DNA of 64,000 bases from positions 88,538,001 to 88,602,000 of the forward strand of contig NC_045697.1 of the NCBI RefSeq assembly GCF_009834535.1. The letters run 5' to 3'. Origin of the DNA: Camelus ferus. Its lineage: Eukaryota. Below are positions 38,051-51,395 of the stretch, in pieces. The notes under the pieces are model-generated. The model saw only the letters and a program-made list of their open reading frames with translations. It ran no database searches and was not told where the DNA came from. How positions within the stretch are numbered: position 1 is the stretch's first letter; every line of letters starts with the position of its first letter. A program made the translations under genes and the position numbers.

Positions 38051-39827
38051 TCTTATTTGGAAGGGCACAAGGAAATATTTTTTAATCAAGTCATAAAATA
38101 GGTAGCTGATAGCCACCAATCAATGAATGGAGAATTTCTTTATATATTAATATTGGAATTTATTTGAAAACATGCTTTTTATTTTAATAGATGATTATCA
38201 TCTCTTAGCAAATCTTTACAAGTGCATAAAATGAAAAATATTTCAAACTTCATAAACCATATGAAATTTTTAAAAACTGAAATAAATTTGATGCAAAAAC
38301 TACAAAATAGCTTTTTACTAATTGCATATTGTATTTTATGCCTCGATTATAGGTTTAACAAAATAGTGAAGCAAATTAATAGGATTGTAATTTTCTAAAA
38401 GTTAATTTGCAGTACTGTTGTTTCAAACTTAATGAGTATACCCACCATCAACTTAAATACATTTTGTAAACGTGTAAAAAAAATTAAGATCCACGTGTTT
38501 TGTCTGGGCAGAGCAACTAGTGTTTATTCTATTGACTATTGAGAAATTTGGATACTGCTTGCTTTCTCTTCTATTTAAATCAATCACTGAATTCACAAAC
38601 ATCACCTGTTTTACAGAAAATACAAAATTATGGTAATGTATACATACTTCAAGTGTTACTATCTTTAAATGCCACTCCTTTGTATTCTTAACATAAATCT
38701 GTATCTTTGAATTCATGAATCTTACTTATATGGTAAAGAGTTCAAAAAGGAAAAAGCACTGCAATAAAAACAGGAATAAAATTAGCTTCTAATAGCAGAA
38801 TAGAATGGTCAATATTGCAAGGAAAAGTCCTCAAAGCCTGTTATAGACCATCCCATTGCATTCAATATTTCAAAAATGTACCTTAACAAAAAGAACATTT
38901 TATTCTTTCAATGTCTATATGCACCCTGTAAATAATATCTTGCCTTTCCACTTGTAGATAAAGAAGTCTGTACAAAGACTAGGGATTTCTAATATAAAAA
39001 CATAAGAATCTGAAAATACTTGGGCTCCAGGCTTCCATTAACGTGCTGGGGAGAGAAGCACAGACTAAGAGCAAAGCTCTGAGTTACTAAAATCAAACTA
39101 CTTGTCTTTTCCTTGGTGATATTTATCCCCAGATTTATTGAAGGGTCCCTCTTTCCAAAAACAATCAACTCACCATATTTTTAAGAGCATGTCTCTACCC
39201 CAAGTGCCACTGAAGTTTTTTTTTCAATCTGAGAAAATAAAATAACTCTTATAGTTTTAAAATGCAAACATATTTATTATTATGTTCAAAGCAGAATAAG
39301 GATTTCTTCCATGAATTACTTACTTCATAAAAAAAATGAGCAGTGATTATATTTCTCCAAGGTTCACAAAGCCATCGCCACTGTGAGGCTTTGCGTTGGT
39401 GCCAAAACAAAGAGAAGAGCCATATAATTTTCCTGTAATAATAAGCCCCTGGAAACCAGTCCATAAAATGGAAGCCAAAGCAGATTTCTTTTATTAGATC
39501 GCTAGATAACTGTGTAAGCTTCAGCATTTATAGTTATGGGAAATTTGCCTTATAAAATAAAGCAAGCTTAATGGCAGCAGCACAAAAATTTAGGTAATTA
39601 TCTTGGTGAAAAGTATCATCTATGTTTTATCGTTTATTCTTGGTATACAAGTAAATATAAAATATTATCCCTTAATGTCTAGACATTTTCCCTCACTGAT
39701 TGACTGTGTCTATTCAGCTCAGATGGTCTGCGCCACATCCACAGGCTTTAAGCTTGCCTAGGAAGCACTGACTAAAATTTGTGTTAATTGTGATCTTAGA
39801 GAAATAAAGATGACCATGAAGCTTTTT

Positions 39828-40792
39828 CTTTTCTTTTGTTTCATTTCTAACTAAACATTTCCTTTCTCTTCTTTTATTTATTTGTTTTTATTTATTTATT
39901 TATTTAAATTGAAGCCTTGTCAGTTTACAAGGTGTCGATTTCTGGTGTGCAGCATGTTTCAGTCATGTATATATATATATACATACACACATATATTTGT
40001 TTACATATTCTTTTTCATTATAGGTTACTATAAGATATTGAATATAACTTATAATTCAGTTTCTTACTTTTCTAGTGTTAACTCTTAAAATCTTGGTAAT
40101 CAATCATTGAATGAGCATTTTCATAAAAATTGTATATACTGACCATTTACTATACAATATAAACTTGTTTATCTATTTTATATACAGTAGTTAGTATCTA
40201 CAAATCTCAAGCTCCCAATTTATCCCTTCCCACCTACTCCCCCAATAATCATAAACTTGTTTTCTTCTGTGAGTCTGTTTCTGTTTTGCAAATAAGTTCA
40301 TCTTTTTTTTAGATTCCACATATGAGTGATATCATATGATAATTTTATTTATCTTTCTGCCTTACTTCACTTAGAATGACAATTTCCAAGTCCATTATGT
40401 TGCTGCAAATGGCATTATTTTATTCTTTTTTATGGCTGAGTAGTATTCTGTTGTATAAATATACCATAGCTTCTTTATCCAGTCATCTGTCAATGGACAT
40501 TTAGGTTGTTTCTATGTCTTGGCTATTGTCAATAATGCTGCTATGAACATTGGGGTGCATGTATCCTTTTGAATTAATGTTCCCTCTGGATATATGCCCA
40601 GGAGTGAGTTTGCTGGATCATAGGATAAGTCTATTTTTAGTTTTTTGAGGAATCTCCATACTGTTTTCCATAATGATTGTACCAGATTACATTCCCACCA
40701 GCGGTGTAGGAGGGTTCCCTTTTCTCCACACTCTCTCTAGCATTTATCATTCATGAACTTTTTAATGATGGGCATTCTGACTGGTGTGAGGT
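39828..40792 (-). mobile_element. 5'-truncated LINE-1 with a foreign insert in its 3' UTR
   Basis: Antisense L1 motifs (ggatatatgcccaggagtgagtttgctggatca; ttacattcccaccagcggtgtaggagggttccc); T-rich tail; 13-bp TSD catgaag(c/g)ttttt at 39815-39827 and 40793-40805. Confidence 0.95.
40053..40148 (-). repeat. Inverted repeat pair 2, inserted arm (partner 41299-41394)
   Basis: 96 bp; reverse complement of 41299-41394 with 2 mismatches; interrupts the L1 3' UTR. Confidence 0.97.
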
Positions 40793-41298
40793 CATGAAGG
40801 TTTTTATTGGTAGTCATTTTATTTTTCAAATATTGTCAAACCTTAAATCCATAAAAAAAAAAAAAAGCACCTAGTTCATAGCAATGTAGTGTGTGAGCAC
40901 CAGATGTCATTCCATCTAAAACAGTGAGAGGATGTTAAAGTAAATCAAGCCTGATTTCATAATTAGACACAAAGCAATTCCTTCAGTTTTGGATTACACT
41001 GTTGTGGGGAAAAAAGTAAGAATAGTATACAAGAGTCACTAAAGATTTTTGATATCTTGAAAAATGTTTGGTAAGTACCTTGTCATCTTTAAGGCCTTTT
41101 TAAGACTTTTGTTAATTGTATTAAACTCAAAGTTTTAAAATTATTTGTAGGTTTTCATTTAAAGTCCTTTCATGCAGATATAGATAGGACAGATTCTCTA
41201 CAAGAAAATTTCCTCCAAAAAACTGAAAATAAAAACTGTGTTATTTAATATTTGATACTACCTAGGTTTGAAATTTAGAGTCTCTATAACTCATTTGG

Positions 41299-41394
41299 AA
41301 ATGGTCAATATATACAATTTTTATGAAAATGCTCATTCAATGATTGATTACCAAGATTTTAGGAGTTAACACTAGAAAAGTAAGAAACTGAATT
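41299..41394 (+). repeat. Inverted repeat pair 2, presumed donor arm (partner 40053-40148)
   Basis: aaatggtcaatatatacaatttttatgaaaatgctcattcaatgattgattaccaagattttaggagttaacactagaaaagtaagaaactgaatt. Confidence 0.97.
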
Positions 41395-43249
41395 GACTAT
41401 AATTTCCTACTTAAAATAAAGCTTCAGTACTCAAAGGCCTTGCACTTAGGTAGCAAATCTGATACTTGGGTCTGCAATATTATTATTTTTAAATTTATGA
41501 GACTCTGAACTACATTTTTTAATTTTGGGGCATCAGGTATATGCCATAGCTAAATAATGCTGCTTGATTTTTGTACTAAACTATCATATTAACCCATTAA
41601 GCTATAAAACCTAGGAATGACTATTTTTCAAATTCCAAATGTATCACTTATGAGTTTCAGGGTCTTGGATAAATTATTGAGCAATCTGTAAACTGAGGCT
41701 TGTTCACAGAGGGGCTGTGAGCACCACACCTAATAGCCTGACACCTAGTAGAATTTCAAAGACTTAATAGCAAAATAATTTTTTTAGCATACTTAACAGT
41801 TAAAAACTGGCACCAGAATTCTCTTTATGAAGGCATAGACTTCCTGAAGGAAATATTTGATGGTCCAACTAGATACTGAAAAACAGGTCCAAAGACAGAA
41901 TATAAAAAGGAAGGGCACAATAAAGCAACTGCCAAGCTGCTATATAAAACAAAATGCAAAGAATTGGTTTAAGGAAGAAATAAAAGGGAACACAGAACTT
42001 TAAAGAAAAGATGGCCCTATATAGACGCATAAAAATACCAATATAATATTTATGAAAATATAGATATGTATGGCTGAAAATGGCTGAAGGATTGTTTAGG
42101 AATAGTGACTTGAATATACAACTAATACATTTAACATGTTAAGTGTAGTATTTAATTCTAATTGATGCTTTTGAGCTGTAACTCCTTCCTTCTCCATAAG
42201 TCATCAGTAAACGCTCCCATACATACATACACAATGACTTTGTGTAGGTGTCTACATCTCTGCCCTTAACTATGAGTCAAGAAGAGCAGTTGACTACACA
42301 ATACATCTAGGGTGACATAATGTTGAACAAGGATAATTCTACAGACTGGTGCAAAAAACAAAAAAACAAACAAAACAAAAAAACACTGGAAGCTGAAAGT
42401 CAGCCCCAGGATTGGCTAGGAAATATTTGCTGGTAGGAGATGGATAATGAATAACACTGATCTCTTCATCTCCAAGTTCTCAACCAGTGGAGAAATAGAT
42501 ACAAATGTCAGACAGAAGGAAATTAAAATGCTGGTACTGCTTTATATATTTGATAGCTGGATTAGCTGGACTGGGGAACTTACCTTGTCCTGTGGCCTGA
42601 ACACTGCTTCCTACTGCCTTCCCTTCTGCTCACAAGTGTCGGCCTCCCCCTTGCTGCGGCCGTGCTTTCCTCTAGAAGCTTACCTTCTTGAGGGCAGAGA
42701 AAAGATGTGTCCCGAGTGCAGGACATTTTCAAAGGGAGAACCTAGATGGAGTCTTCCTTATCTGCTTTCTTTTCCCTGGTTTCTTAAGATGAATGATTTC
42801 TCTCTGTTTAGGAAGAGAACAAAAGGTCTGTAGGAAATTTTCTCATGGAAACATGTTGTTGAGAGGACCAGGTTTGCCCTAATATTACCCAGATATGTGT
42901 TTTCTTAACCCATGGAACTTAACAATCAAAGCCTACTCCAGGAGTACAGCTGTCCCACTCAAGGGTAAAAAATAGGCAGGCTCTCATTTTCAAGCACTTC
43001 TACTTCGTGATTCCTCTTGGGTCTACTGGTAGCTGTTAGAGAACGTACCTGTTCCCCACTTCTCATACTTTCCACTGTGCAGTTCCCACTATGCAGGAGA
43101 TACAGGACAGGGAAATTTGTGGACCGTCATCCCCAGGGAAGACTGAAAAGATCAGGGAGAAAACTGGGTATGAGTGACTCAATCCTTTCTTTCTCTTTCT
43201 TAAAGAAACCTGTGCTCGCTAGGCATTCTCTGCTCATCCATGGTGATGT

Positions 43250-43685
43250 ATTTTCCAGGTGGACCAGATGTCTCCTGCTCCTCCATCTAGTTCCATTCTC
43301 CTCTTCCATTCAGCCTGGTGTCCACCCTGGGAGGGTGACTTGGATGGACTATGTCAAGTGATCCTTTCTCCTCTGGCTTCTGGGTGGATGTGGCTAATGG
43401 GGAGTCATGGTAGAAGATTGAATAGAGGGAGAATATTGAGTTCAAGTTGTTTACCCCTCTGTCTTCTGCAGGATTGCCCATCTCCTTTCATGCTAACTCT
43501 CTCTCTCTGACTCTCTTCTTCTGACTTTCAAAACTTCTTTGTGCCTACAGCTAGAAATAGCTCTGCTGTTGACCAGCCCACAGGTTTTCAGCATTTCTAT
43601 GCCTTGACAACAAGTTTCTAAATAGTTCCTATATTTGACTTTATTTAAATGACCCTATTATCCTCCTGAGACCATGGCTGCTACC
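43250..43685 (+). mobile_element. ERVL-class solo LTR (LTR33-like)
   Basis: ctctggcttctgggtggatgtggctaatggggagtcatggtagaagatt resembles the recalled LTR33 motif ggcttctggttgggtttggccaatgggagg. Confidence 0.55.
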
Positions 43686-44929
43686 CAGAACAGAGATTTG
43701 GAGGAGGTAGGTTTAATTTAGAGAAATATTCAAAGCCTGGTTTTGGCTCTAATTCCAGCCTTATAATTTAATTTAATCTGGTCAAAATAAAGTTGACATC
43801 AGATCTCCATTTCATTTACATCAATGTCTAATCTCAGAGTTGGATCAGAACTCAAAAGGAGAAGAGGGGAATGTCGGTTTTCTGTCCCTATAATATGCCG
43901 GTGTATTGATGCACGGCCAGTATCCTTGAAGAATGGAGAAGTCTAGGTACTCCTGGCCCAGAAGAATACGTGGAGTGTGTCTGTTCCTGTGGCCAGCGTG
44001 GGAGCTTCCACTTCCCAGGAAGTAAGAGTCAGTCTTTAGTGCTTCAGTTAGTGTGGTCTTGGCTATATTTTCCCTTTGGCAGTTTGCTACAGCTTATATT
44101 GAGCTTCTGCAGCTGAACATATTTTTTTTTAAACTGGCACGATCTTCAGTAAGACACCTGGCCTTAGTATGTAGACTGCTGTGGTTAACCTTGAACAACC
44201 TAGAGATATAGGAAAAGGTCTAGATCACAGGAACGTCTCTATTCAAAACAGGCGATGCTTTAGCATGCAGAGTATTTGGGCAGTGGTGGGTAAGATAAAT
44301 TTTTTGTCCTCCCTGCAGAATGTTTTTCAGTTCTTCAGCTGTCCAGGTCTCTACAGATCAAAAGGCAGTCTTCAGTGTAGAATGCTAAAAATTATTCGAG
44401 TATTGAATATTATTAAGAACTGGCCTTTATGCTAAGTGACAGGCACTAGAGAGTGGGATGAGATTAACTGACACATACTTCCCCATCTTCCTTGGAACTG
44501 CATAAAGCTCAAGGGCAGAGAGGATCTGGATTCCTTTGGTCCTGTGACCTGTCCTCGGGCTGATGGTCACCTTCCTCTCCACTCGCCCACAGCCTAGGTT
44601 CACACGTTTACTCTGATTTATTAATAATATAATCTACGACCATCATTTTGGATTTGGGAGATTCTGATTATGGCTTCGCTCACAAAAAAAATGGATGAAC
44701 AAAGAAGAAGAAATAAAAACCTTACTAAATAGGAAATGTTCCATTTTCTTGGAAAGTATCATTAACCCGAGGCCTTTTTGGCTAAGCCTACAAAAGGCTG
44801 GAGGCTGCAGGAACCAGTTCGTTCAAAGCAGATTTAAACTGGCTTTGAGCAGTATGCTTTGGTTTATTGTCAGCATAAGAGAAAGAGAAAAGAAAGAAAA
44901 AGAAAGACAAACAAGGTAATTCCATTGGA

Positions 44930-45420
44930 AGAATCATTTTATTTATTAAGCACATACCAGGATCTGGGCCGACAGTGACTAATGAGACAGGTCCTCTCCT
45001 CATGGGCTTAATATTCTAGTAATAGAAACAGGTAATATATATATATATTAAATTCAATTAAAATGCATATTAATGACAATATCTGAAATTGACACACTTA
45101 TAAGGAGAAATAAAGCAAGAGAAGGAGAAAAGGAGCTGGGAAGCCCTGTGCTATTTTAGCACAAGAAAATCTATGAAAAAGAAGCCCCTCTGGGAAGGAG
45201 GTATTTGAAGAGGAACTTAAATGAAGCAAGAAAACCAGGTATACAAATATCACTGAGGATGTATTTCAGGTAACAGGAACAGCATGTGCAAAGATCCTGA
45301 GACCGGAATAAATTGAGCTTGACCAAGGAACCAAAAAGAAAGTATGATTCAGCCAATGAATATGTGGAGGAATGGTAGGAGATGAGGCTCAAGACACAGT
45401 CAAATAAGGCTTTTCTAGAT
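44930..45420 (-). mobile_element. L2 3' end fragment
   Basis: tttattaagcacataccagg...ctcctcatgggcttaatattctagt...caggtaacaggaacagcatgtgcaaagatcctgag. Confidence 0.75.
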
Positions 45421-47514
45421 AATTTAATCTCTGCCCTGGCTGCATCTGTCCTGTCCAAGTCTGCTGTTGGGGGAAGATGCTAAGGTCTGCCACTGTAACT
45501 CATGTCTTCCTCTCTGACTTCTGACTCAATGGAAAATTGGTCCTGGAGTCAGATTATTGAAGAGCAATCTACCTGCTTTGTGGCTAAAAGAAGCTGAATT
45601 AAAGAGAAATCCACTTGACCTGTGGCCACAATCAGTTTCCCTAAGACACTGCCCCTTTAAATTTACCAGTCTGGAGCTGTAGGCCAGCCTCCTGCTGGGG
45701 CAAAGCCATCCTTGGTGAGCTTAGAGCACAGAGAAATAAGAAATGGGAATTTCTCATGACAGGTCCTTTGGAAGGGAGACCTCAGGAGAGACGGAGGCTT
45801 CCCTAGTCCCCCAGATCCCTTTAAATATCCACCTTCTTCTCTATTGGGAAGGAGGATGTGAGCGAGGGGTGGAGGTGGGCTAGAAACTGCTCTCTCAGAA
45901 ATCTGCTATGGAAATCTAAGGACATGGGAGCTGAGTCCCTTTAATAACTATCCACTATCCACTGGACTCCCAATCCTCCAGAATCCCAGAAAAGAATTTG
46001 GGGTGGGGGCGGTATGAAGCTCTCCGACTGCAGGATGTTCACATCAGTTTCACTTCTCTCCCAAAGGAAAGTGCACCTAAGCCAGTATTTGCACAATGTT
46101 TGTTAAGTCATATTTTCTTTTTTAAGAAACATTGGTTAGTTTTGGCCAGGGTGGATCAAATCACCTTGGACAATTAAAATTGTAAACCTAAATTAAGGAT
46201 AGGACCATAATTACATCTCTTGCATACTTCGTTATCACTGGGTATCTATTTGTTTGAAAAGAAAGCAATCTGTCATTTTAGATCACAGCCATCTACCATA
46301 AGCAATAATCCCTAATGGACTCAAGAAGCACTTACTGTTGAAAATAATTGTTCGATGGAATGATGGTTGAATACCAGAAGATCCCCACTCCGCCCTCAGA
46401 CAGCAGTCTTTTTACCATTAACATTGTCTCCACGTGTTTTAAACAGCAGGCCATTACCTGTTATAGCAAAATACAGCCTCACAGCCTCACAGCCTCTACC
46501 ATGGGCAGTTATTTTACATATGACACCCAGTAACTAAGGGAAGGAAACATTTAAACATGGAAGAAAATAAATTTCTAAATGCAAAATTATCAATGTCTGT
46601 TTACACGTGTATGTGGATGAAACTGTAGCAACTTGGGGCCTTTTCATTTTAAATATTCTGAAATTGCATATCTATATTTAAAAACAGTCCCCTCCCATCA
46701 GATAAAATTTCCTCTGAGACTGTCCTAAATTAGAACAGAAGCAGATGTAATGGGATAGATCTCATCTCTAAAGCTGCTGATGGTGGAAATTAATCTCAAA
46801 GATTTCTTCCTGACTCACTTTATGTGAACACGCGTATAATCACCTGTCATCAAATGTGCACACAGTCACTGCGGTCCCCAGCGCATGTCATCCCCAGCAT
46901 CTGTGACACGGCAAACCTTCACCTGGAAAGCCACGTGCACGGCAGCTTCAGAGAGGGTGTGAGCACCTCCAAGGAACTGCTAGCCACCTCTTCTACTTGC
47001 CCTCGACGTATCCCCGATCCACTGAAACAGCTCATGGCGTAGCTGGAGTGGAATTGTCATAAAGAATTATAGATGATTTTCCCCCTTTCAAGGCAAACCT
47101 GGGCAACTGAATTTTAGAGGAAATGAGCAGTGAGAGAAAGTGTACGGCAAGCTGATGAGATGCCTGTGAGCCCTGTGCTTCCCAGAATGCAGCTGCCTCC
47201 TCCCTTTTCCGAGCACCCAACACACACACGAAGGTTCAGTTTCCAAGGAATGGCCCTATCTCTGGCATCTATGCTTCTGTTTTAATTGCACATAATTTTG
47301 TGTGGACACTTAGTCTTTATAATCAGTGATAGAGATAACTGCTAATGAGGCAAAACTCAAGTAAAAGCCCCAGGTAATTCACACTGTACAAACAGATTCT
47401 GCTTCCAACAGCTGCCTCGTTTCCTTCCATTCAAATTGTTCATTGTGAGGAGGGGCTATTGGATATGGTGTGTGCAAAATTTGTTCATTTACCAAACTCT
47501 GCCTTCTTGATCCT

Positions 47515-48290
47515 TTTTTTTTTTCAATTTGTTTTAAACAAAAGATGTCAAACATACTGAAAATAATAAGATAATGAATGCCTATTTAATCTTGCTCTCC
47601 TAACTTAGGCAGTCGACATTTTGCCATATGTTTTTGCAATGGGTTTTGAAATAAGATTTGCAGATAAAAGTTGAATCCCTCTTTGTGCCCTTCATTGATC
47701 CTCCCTCTCTTCCAAGATGTGTCTTTGCCCCCATTCTGGTATGATTCCTGTTCATATGTTTGTATTTGCATGATATGTGTCAGGTATTCACAAACTGGAA
47801 ATAACATTGCATTTTTCCTTAAAATTTCATAATTTTATTACACTGTATATTTTGCAATTTGTTTTTTATATTTAAGACTACTTTAAAAAAAGGAATTCTT
47901 ATTGATTGATGTTACTTTAATTTTTTTTATTTTAACTGCTATATAATATCCCATCATAGGCATTTAATAGTTTATTTGTCAGTTTTCTTAATTGCTCTCT
48001 GAAGTGGTTGTACCAGTTTTCACTCCCACCAAACAGTGTGCTAATTTGCCTGAGAAGTTGTATTCTCAGACACTGTAAGTTTGTTGTATTTGATAGGAAT
48101 AAAATGCAATTTCACTGCATGACTCCAGCCACCAGTGGAATTGAGTAGTTTCAAGTTTACTAGCTGTTCTCCAAATTGTCTGTCCACATCATTTGTCTGT
48201 TTTTCTGTCAAATTATTTGCCATTTTTCATTGGTTTGTTGAATTCTTCACATATTCTGTATCCTATCCCTTTGTTCACTTTTGTCCCAGG
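47515..48290 (-). mobile_element. Ancient L1ME-type fragment
   Basis: aattgctctctgaagtggttgtaccagttttcactcccaccaaacagtgtg is an antisense L1 ORF2 motif. Confidence 0.7.
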
Positions 48291-48383
48291 GACCATTGGT
48301 AGGGCACAAATATGAATTAATCCAAATGAGAATGACATTCACTGAGCCCCACAAACTAAAGTAAAACATCCTTTAAACTAAAA

Positions 48384-48712
48384 ACTGACACAAATGAACT
48401 TATTTACAAAGCAGAAACAGACTCACAGACATAGAGAACAAACTTGTGGTTACCAGTGGATAAAGGGAGTGGGAAGGGATGAATTGGGAGTTCGAGATTT
48501 GCAGATACTAACTACTGTATATAAAATAGATAAACAAGTTTTTTCTGTATGGCACAAGGAACTATATTCAATATCTTGTAGTAACCTATAATGAAAAAGA
48601 ATATGAAAATGAATGTATGTATGTATATGTATGACTGAAACATTATGCACACCAGAAATTGACACATTGTAAACTGACTGTACTTCAATAAAAAAATAAA
48701 AGTAAAGAATAA
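48384..48712 (+). mobile_element. Short LINE-1 3' UTR insertion
   Basis: gacacaaatgaacttatttacaaagcagaaacagactcacagacatagagaac...tacttcaataaaaaaa; 16-bp TSD atccttt(a/c)aactaaaa at 48368-48383 and 48713-48728. Confidence 0.95.
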
Positions 48713-49094
48713 ATCCTTTCAACTAAAAGGTAAGGAAGGCCTTGGTAAATCTAAACCAAAACCTACCCTTTCCCTTACATACAGTAGTATATTCTCCACT
48801 TTGTTTTCTAAGTTCTGGTTTTTCACAAAATGATTGTTTCTGACAAAATCATTTTTATGTTGATCAGGCAAAACCTGAAGTGTTAGCTTATTTCCACAAT
48901 TACAAATTGTACTGTAAGTGAAAAAATGACAGAACAACTCTGTCTTCCAAGTTCAAGTGAAAATTCAGATCTCTAAAATAGGAATTGTGGTAAAAATTTG
49001 ATACACATTCAAGGCACAAGTTATATGTGTGTATATGATTTAGATTTTTTTTTACTGATCTATAGTAAACCAGTAAATTGTCTTCTCCTGTATT

Positions 49095-49230
49095 CAGAAA
49101 TTGCTACATAATCTGCAGGGCTAAGTGCAAAATGAAAATAATCAAAATCAATGAGAATTTCAACACAGAGAGAGCAGAGCAGTAAACCTGTGTGGCTGCA
49201 CAGGTCATGTGAACTTGAACCTGACCCCGC
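49095..49230. mobile_element. MER91-like hAT-Tip100 fossil
   Basis: tacataatctgcagggctaagtgcaaaatgaaaat...cctgtgtggctgcacaggtcatgtgaacttgaacctgaccc. Confidence 0.55.
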
Positions 49231-51064
49231 CTACACTAATGTTCCGTTTACATGTTCTGGACCTTTATCACACTGCATCTATTGTTTTATGTTAAACATA
49301 TTTTTCTTTATTACACAATTGCTTTTGTATGTTAAGAATGCCAAACTCAATCTTTTACTTAGAAAATTATTTTCAACGATACTTAGATAAACTGAAGAAT
49401 TGATCAAATGTAAACATTATTTTGAGGGTACTTATGACTGGGAAAATAAAAACTGAAATGAAAATCATAAGTGCTGATATTTATCAACTTAGTATTTATA
49501 AAATAGTGACTTTGTGATGACGATAGTGAGATAGTTTTGATAAAACTCATCCGAATTCTCTGGCGTGAGATGAGTAATTAAGCTTCAAGAGAACACTAGC
49601 CACACCACATTCCCGAGGACAACCAGCAAAACCTGCTTAACTAAGGTAAGAGAGAGACAATGGCCTGAGACAGACTCACAAAGCAGCGATGGTGATTTTG
49701 GATGAGGACGGCTACAGGGAATGGGGGAAAGAGAGACCAGGCAGATAGACAACCGGACACAGTTATTGTCATACCTTCTATGTGTCAGACCATGAAAGTG
49801 GGAATACAGCTGAGAACAAGCGAAAGATTGATTTCTTGTTCAGCTAAGAATAGATGTCTCTGTAGCTTAAACAGTGTCAGAATACAGACAGAGGAAATAG
49901 GTATATTTTGTAATACTTGACCCTTTTTTCTTCCCATAAAAGAGGTCCAATTAGTTAATGAGGCACCACACAGGCAAGTAGAGTTAAGCACAGAGTAATT
50001 TAGAATTTGCTGAAGGTTGAAGAGCTAAGCTGTTAGTCAAACCCTCTGTTACAAGGACTGGAACTTATTCCTTATTTCCTTAAATGTGGCCTGAAATCAG
50101 GCATATGCAATGTTCTTTGTAAAATTTCCACTTGAAAACTGGCAAGGGTGTTAAGATAAAGTAAAGCATTGTTTGTAAATATCCTCTGTTTATCTTTTTA
50201 TTTCTAAATAGCTAATGATCTTTCACTTTAGACATTTAATTTGCTTTTTAATTGTAAGCATTTTGAATAGAATCACTTTTAAAAAGTGCAGCACACTACC
50301 TAACTTCTTAAATGGAATGTTTGCGTGATGTACGTAATTTAGCAGATGTCTTCACTGCAAGGGTGCTGGACTATGGGACACTGTACTTACATGAGTCACC
50401 CAAATGTGAGGATGTGGGGAGAAGGTTGTCATCCCCTGATCTGTGATGTGACTTTGGTTAATCTGACAAAGGTAAGCTCTTTCTCCGTCATTTCTTCATG
50501 CTAGTCTCTTGGTTGTAAAGAATGATACTACCACGTGAAAATGGCAGAGACAGTTTTCTAGTTCTTTGGATTCATCTACCTGATTATCTATTTTCTTCTA
50601 TTTCCTTATCATTGTTCATTTGTCATACATCACTTCCTTCTATTGTTTGTTTGTCAGTAGTAAACTATTTCCCCACTTCAGTTTTCAACATTGATATTTT
50701 TCCCCATAGAAATCAGGTATCTATATTTTTAAACTGTTAGAGTAAAAGAAAATAGATTGTGGGTGAAAATCTGAGGGCTCCTTTTGTGAAGAAACACATA
50801 CAATTTGATATTTTCTAGTTCTCAAACTATTTTCTATTTATTTTAATTTTTAATAACATGCTTCTTTTTAATTCAAAATATCTCAGTGATTTTTACATTC
50901 AGAATGATGCAATTAAGAGAACTGAAACATTTGGAATTCTCCTTTTTTGTTTTGAGCAGAAAAACAAAATGCAGTGTAGATTTAACCATGTTACTAGAAT
51001 TCAGAAAAAGTGAGTATTTCAATCACTTGCAGATTAAATAGTTTCTATATTAAAATGGCATTAG

Positions 51065-51395
51065 ATGGCTTATATATTTTAACAATTTACATATTATTAA
51101 TTGCCACAATATATTAAAGTATATAAATTTTTATATACAAGTTTTGTTATATTATATATTATGTATCATATAATATAATATATTATTATATATCAAATAT
51201 ATTATTGTACTATAAATTATAAAAAGCTTATATGGCAACTAGCTCACATATTTGTATATAAATTGTTTATATGTTATAGTATGCATTTATCATATGTTTA
51301 ATATGATTATAACATAATTATTTATTATATATCATAGTTTACACATTACAATTACATAATTTTTATATTATGGTACATGATTATATATTAAAAAG
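51065..51395. repeat. AT-rich low-complexity tract of degenerate (TA)n
   Basis: About 330 bp almost entirely A/T with many tatat units. Confidence 0.85.
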
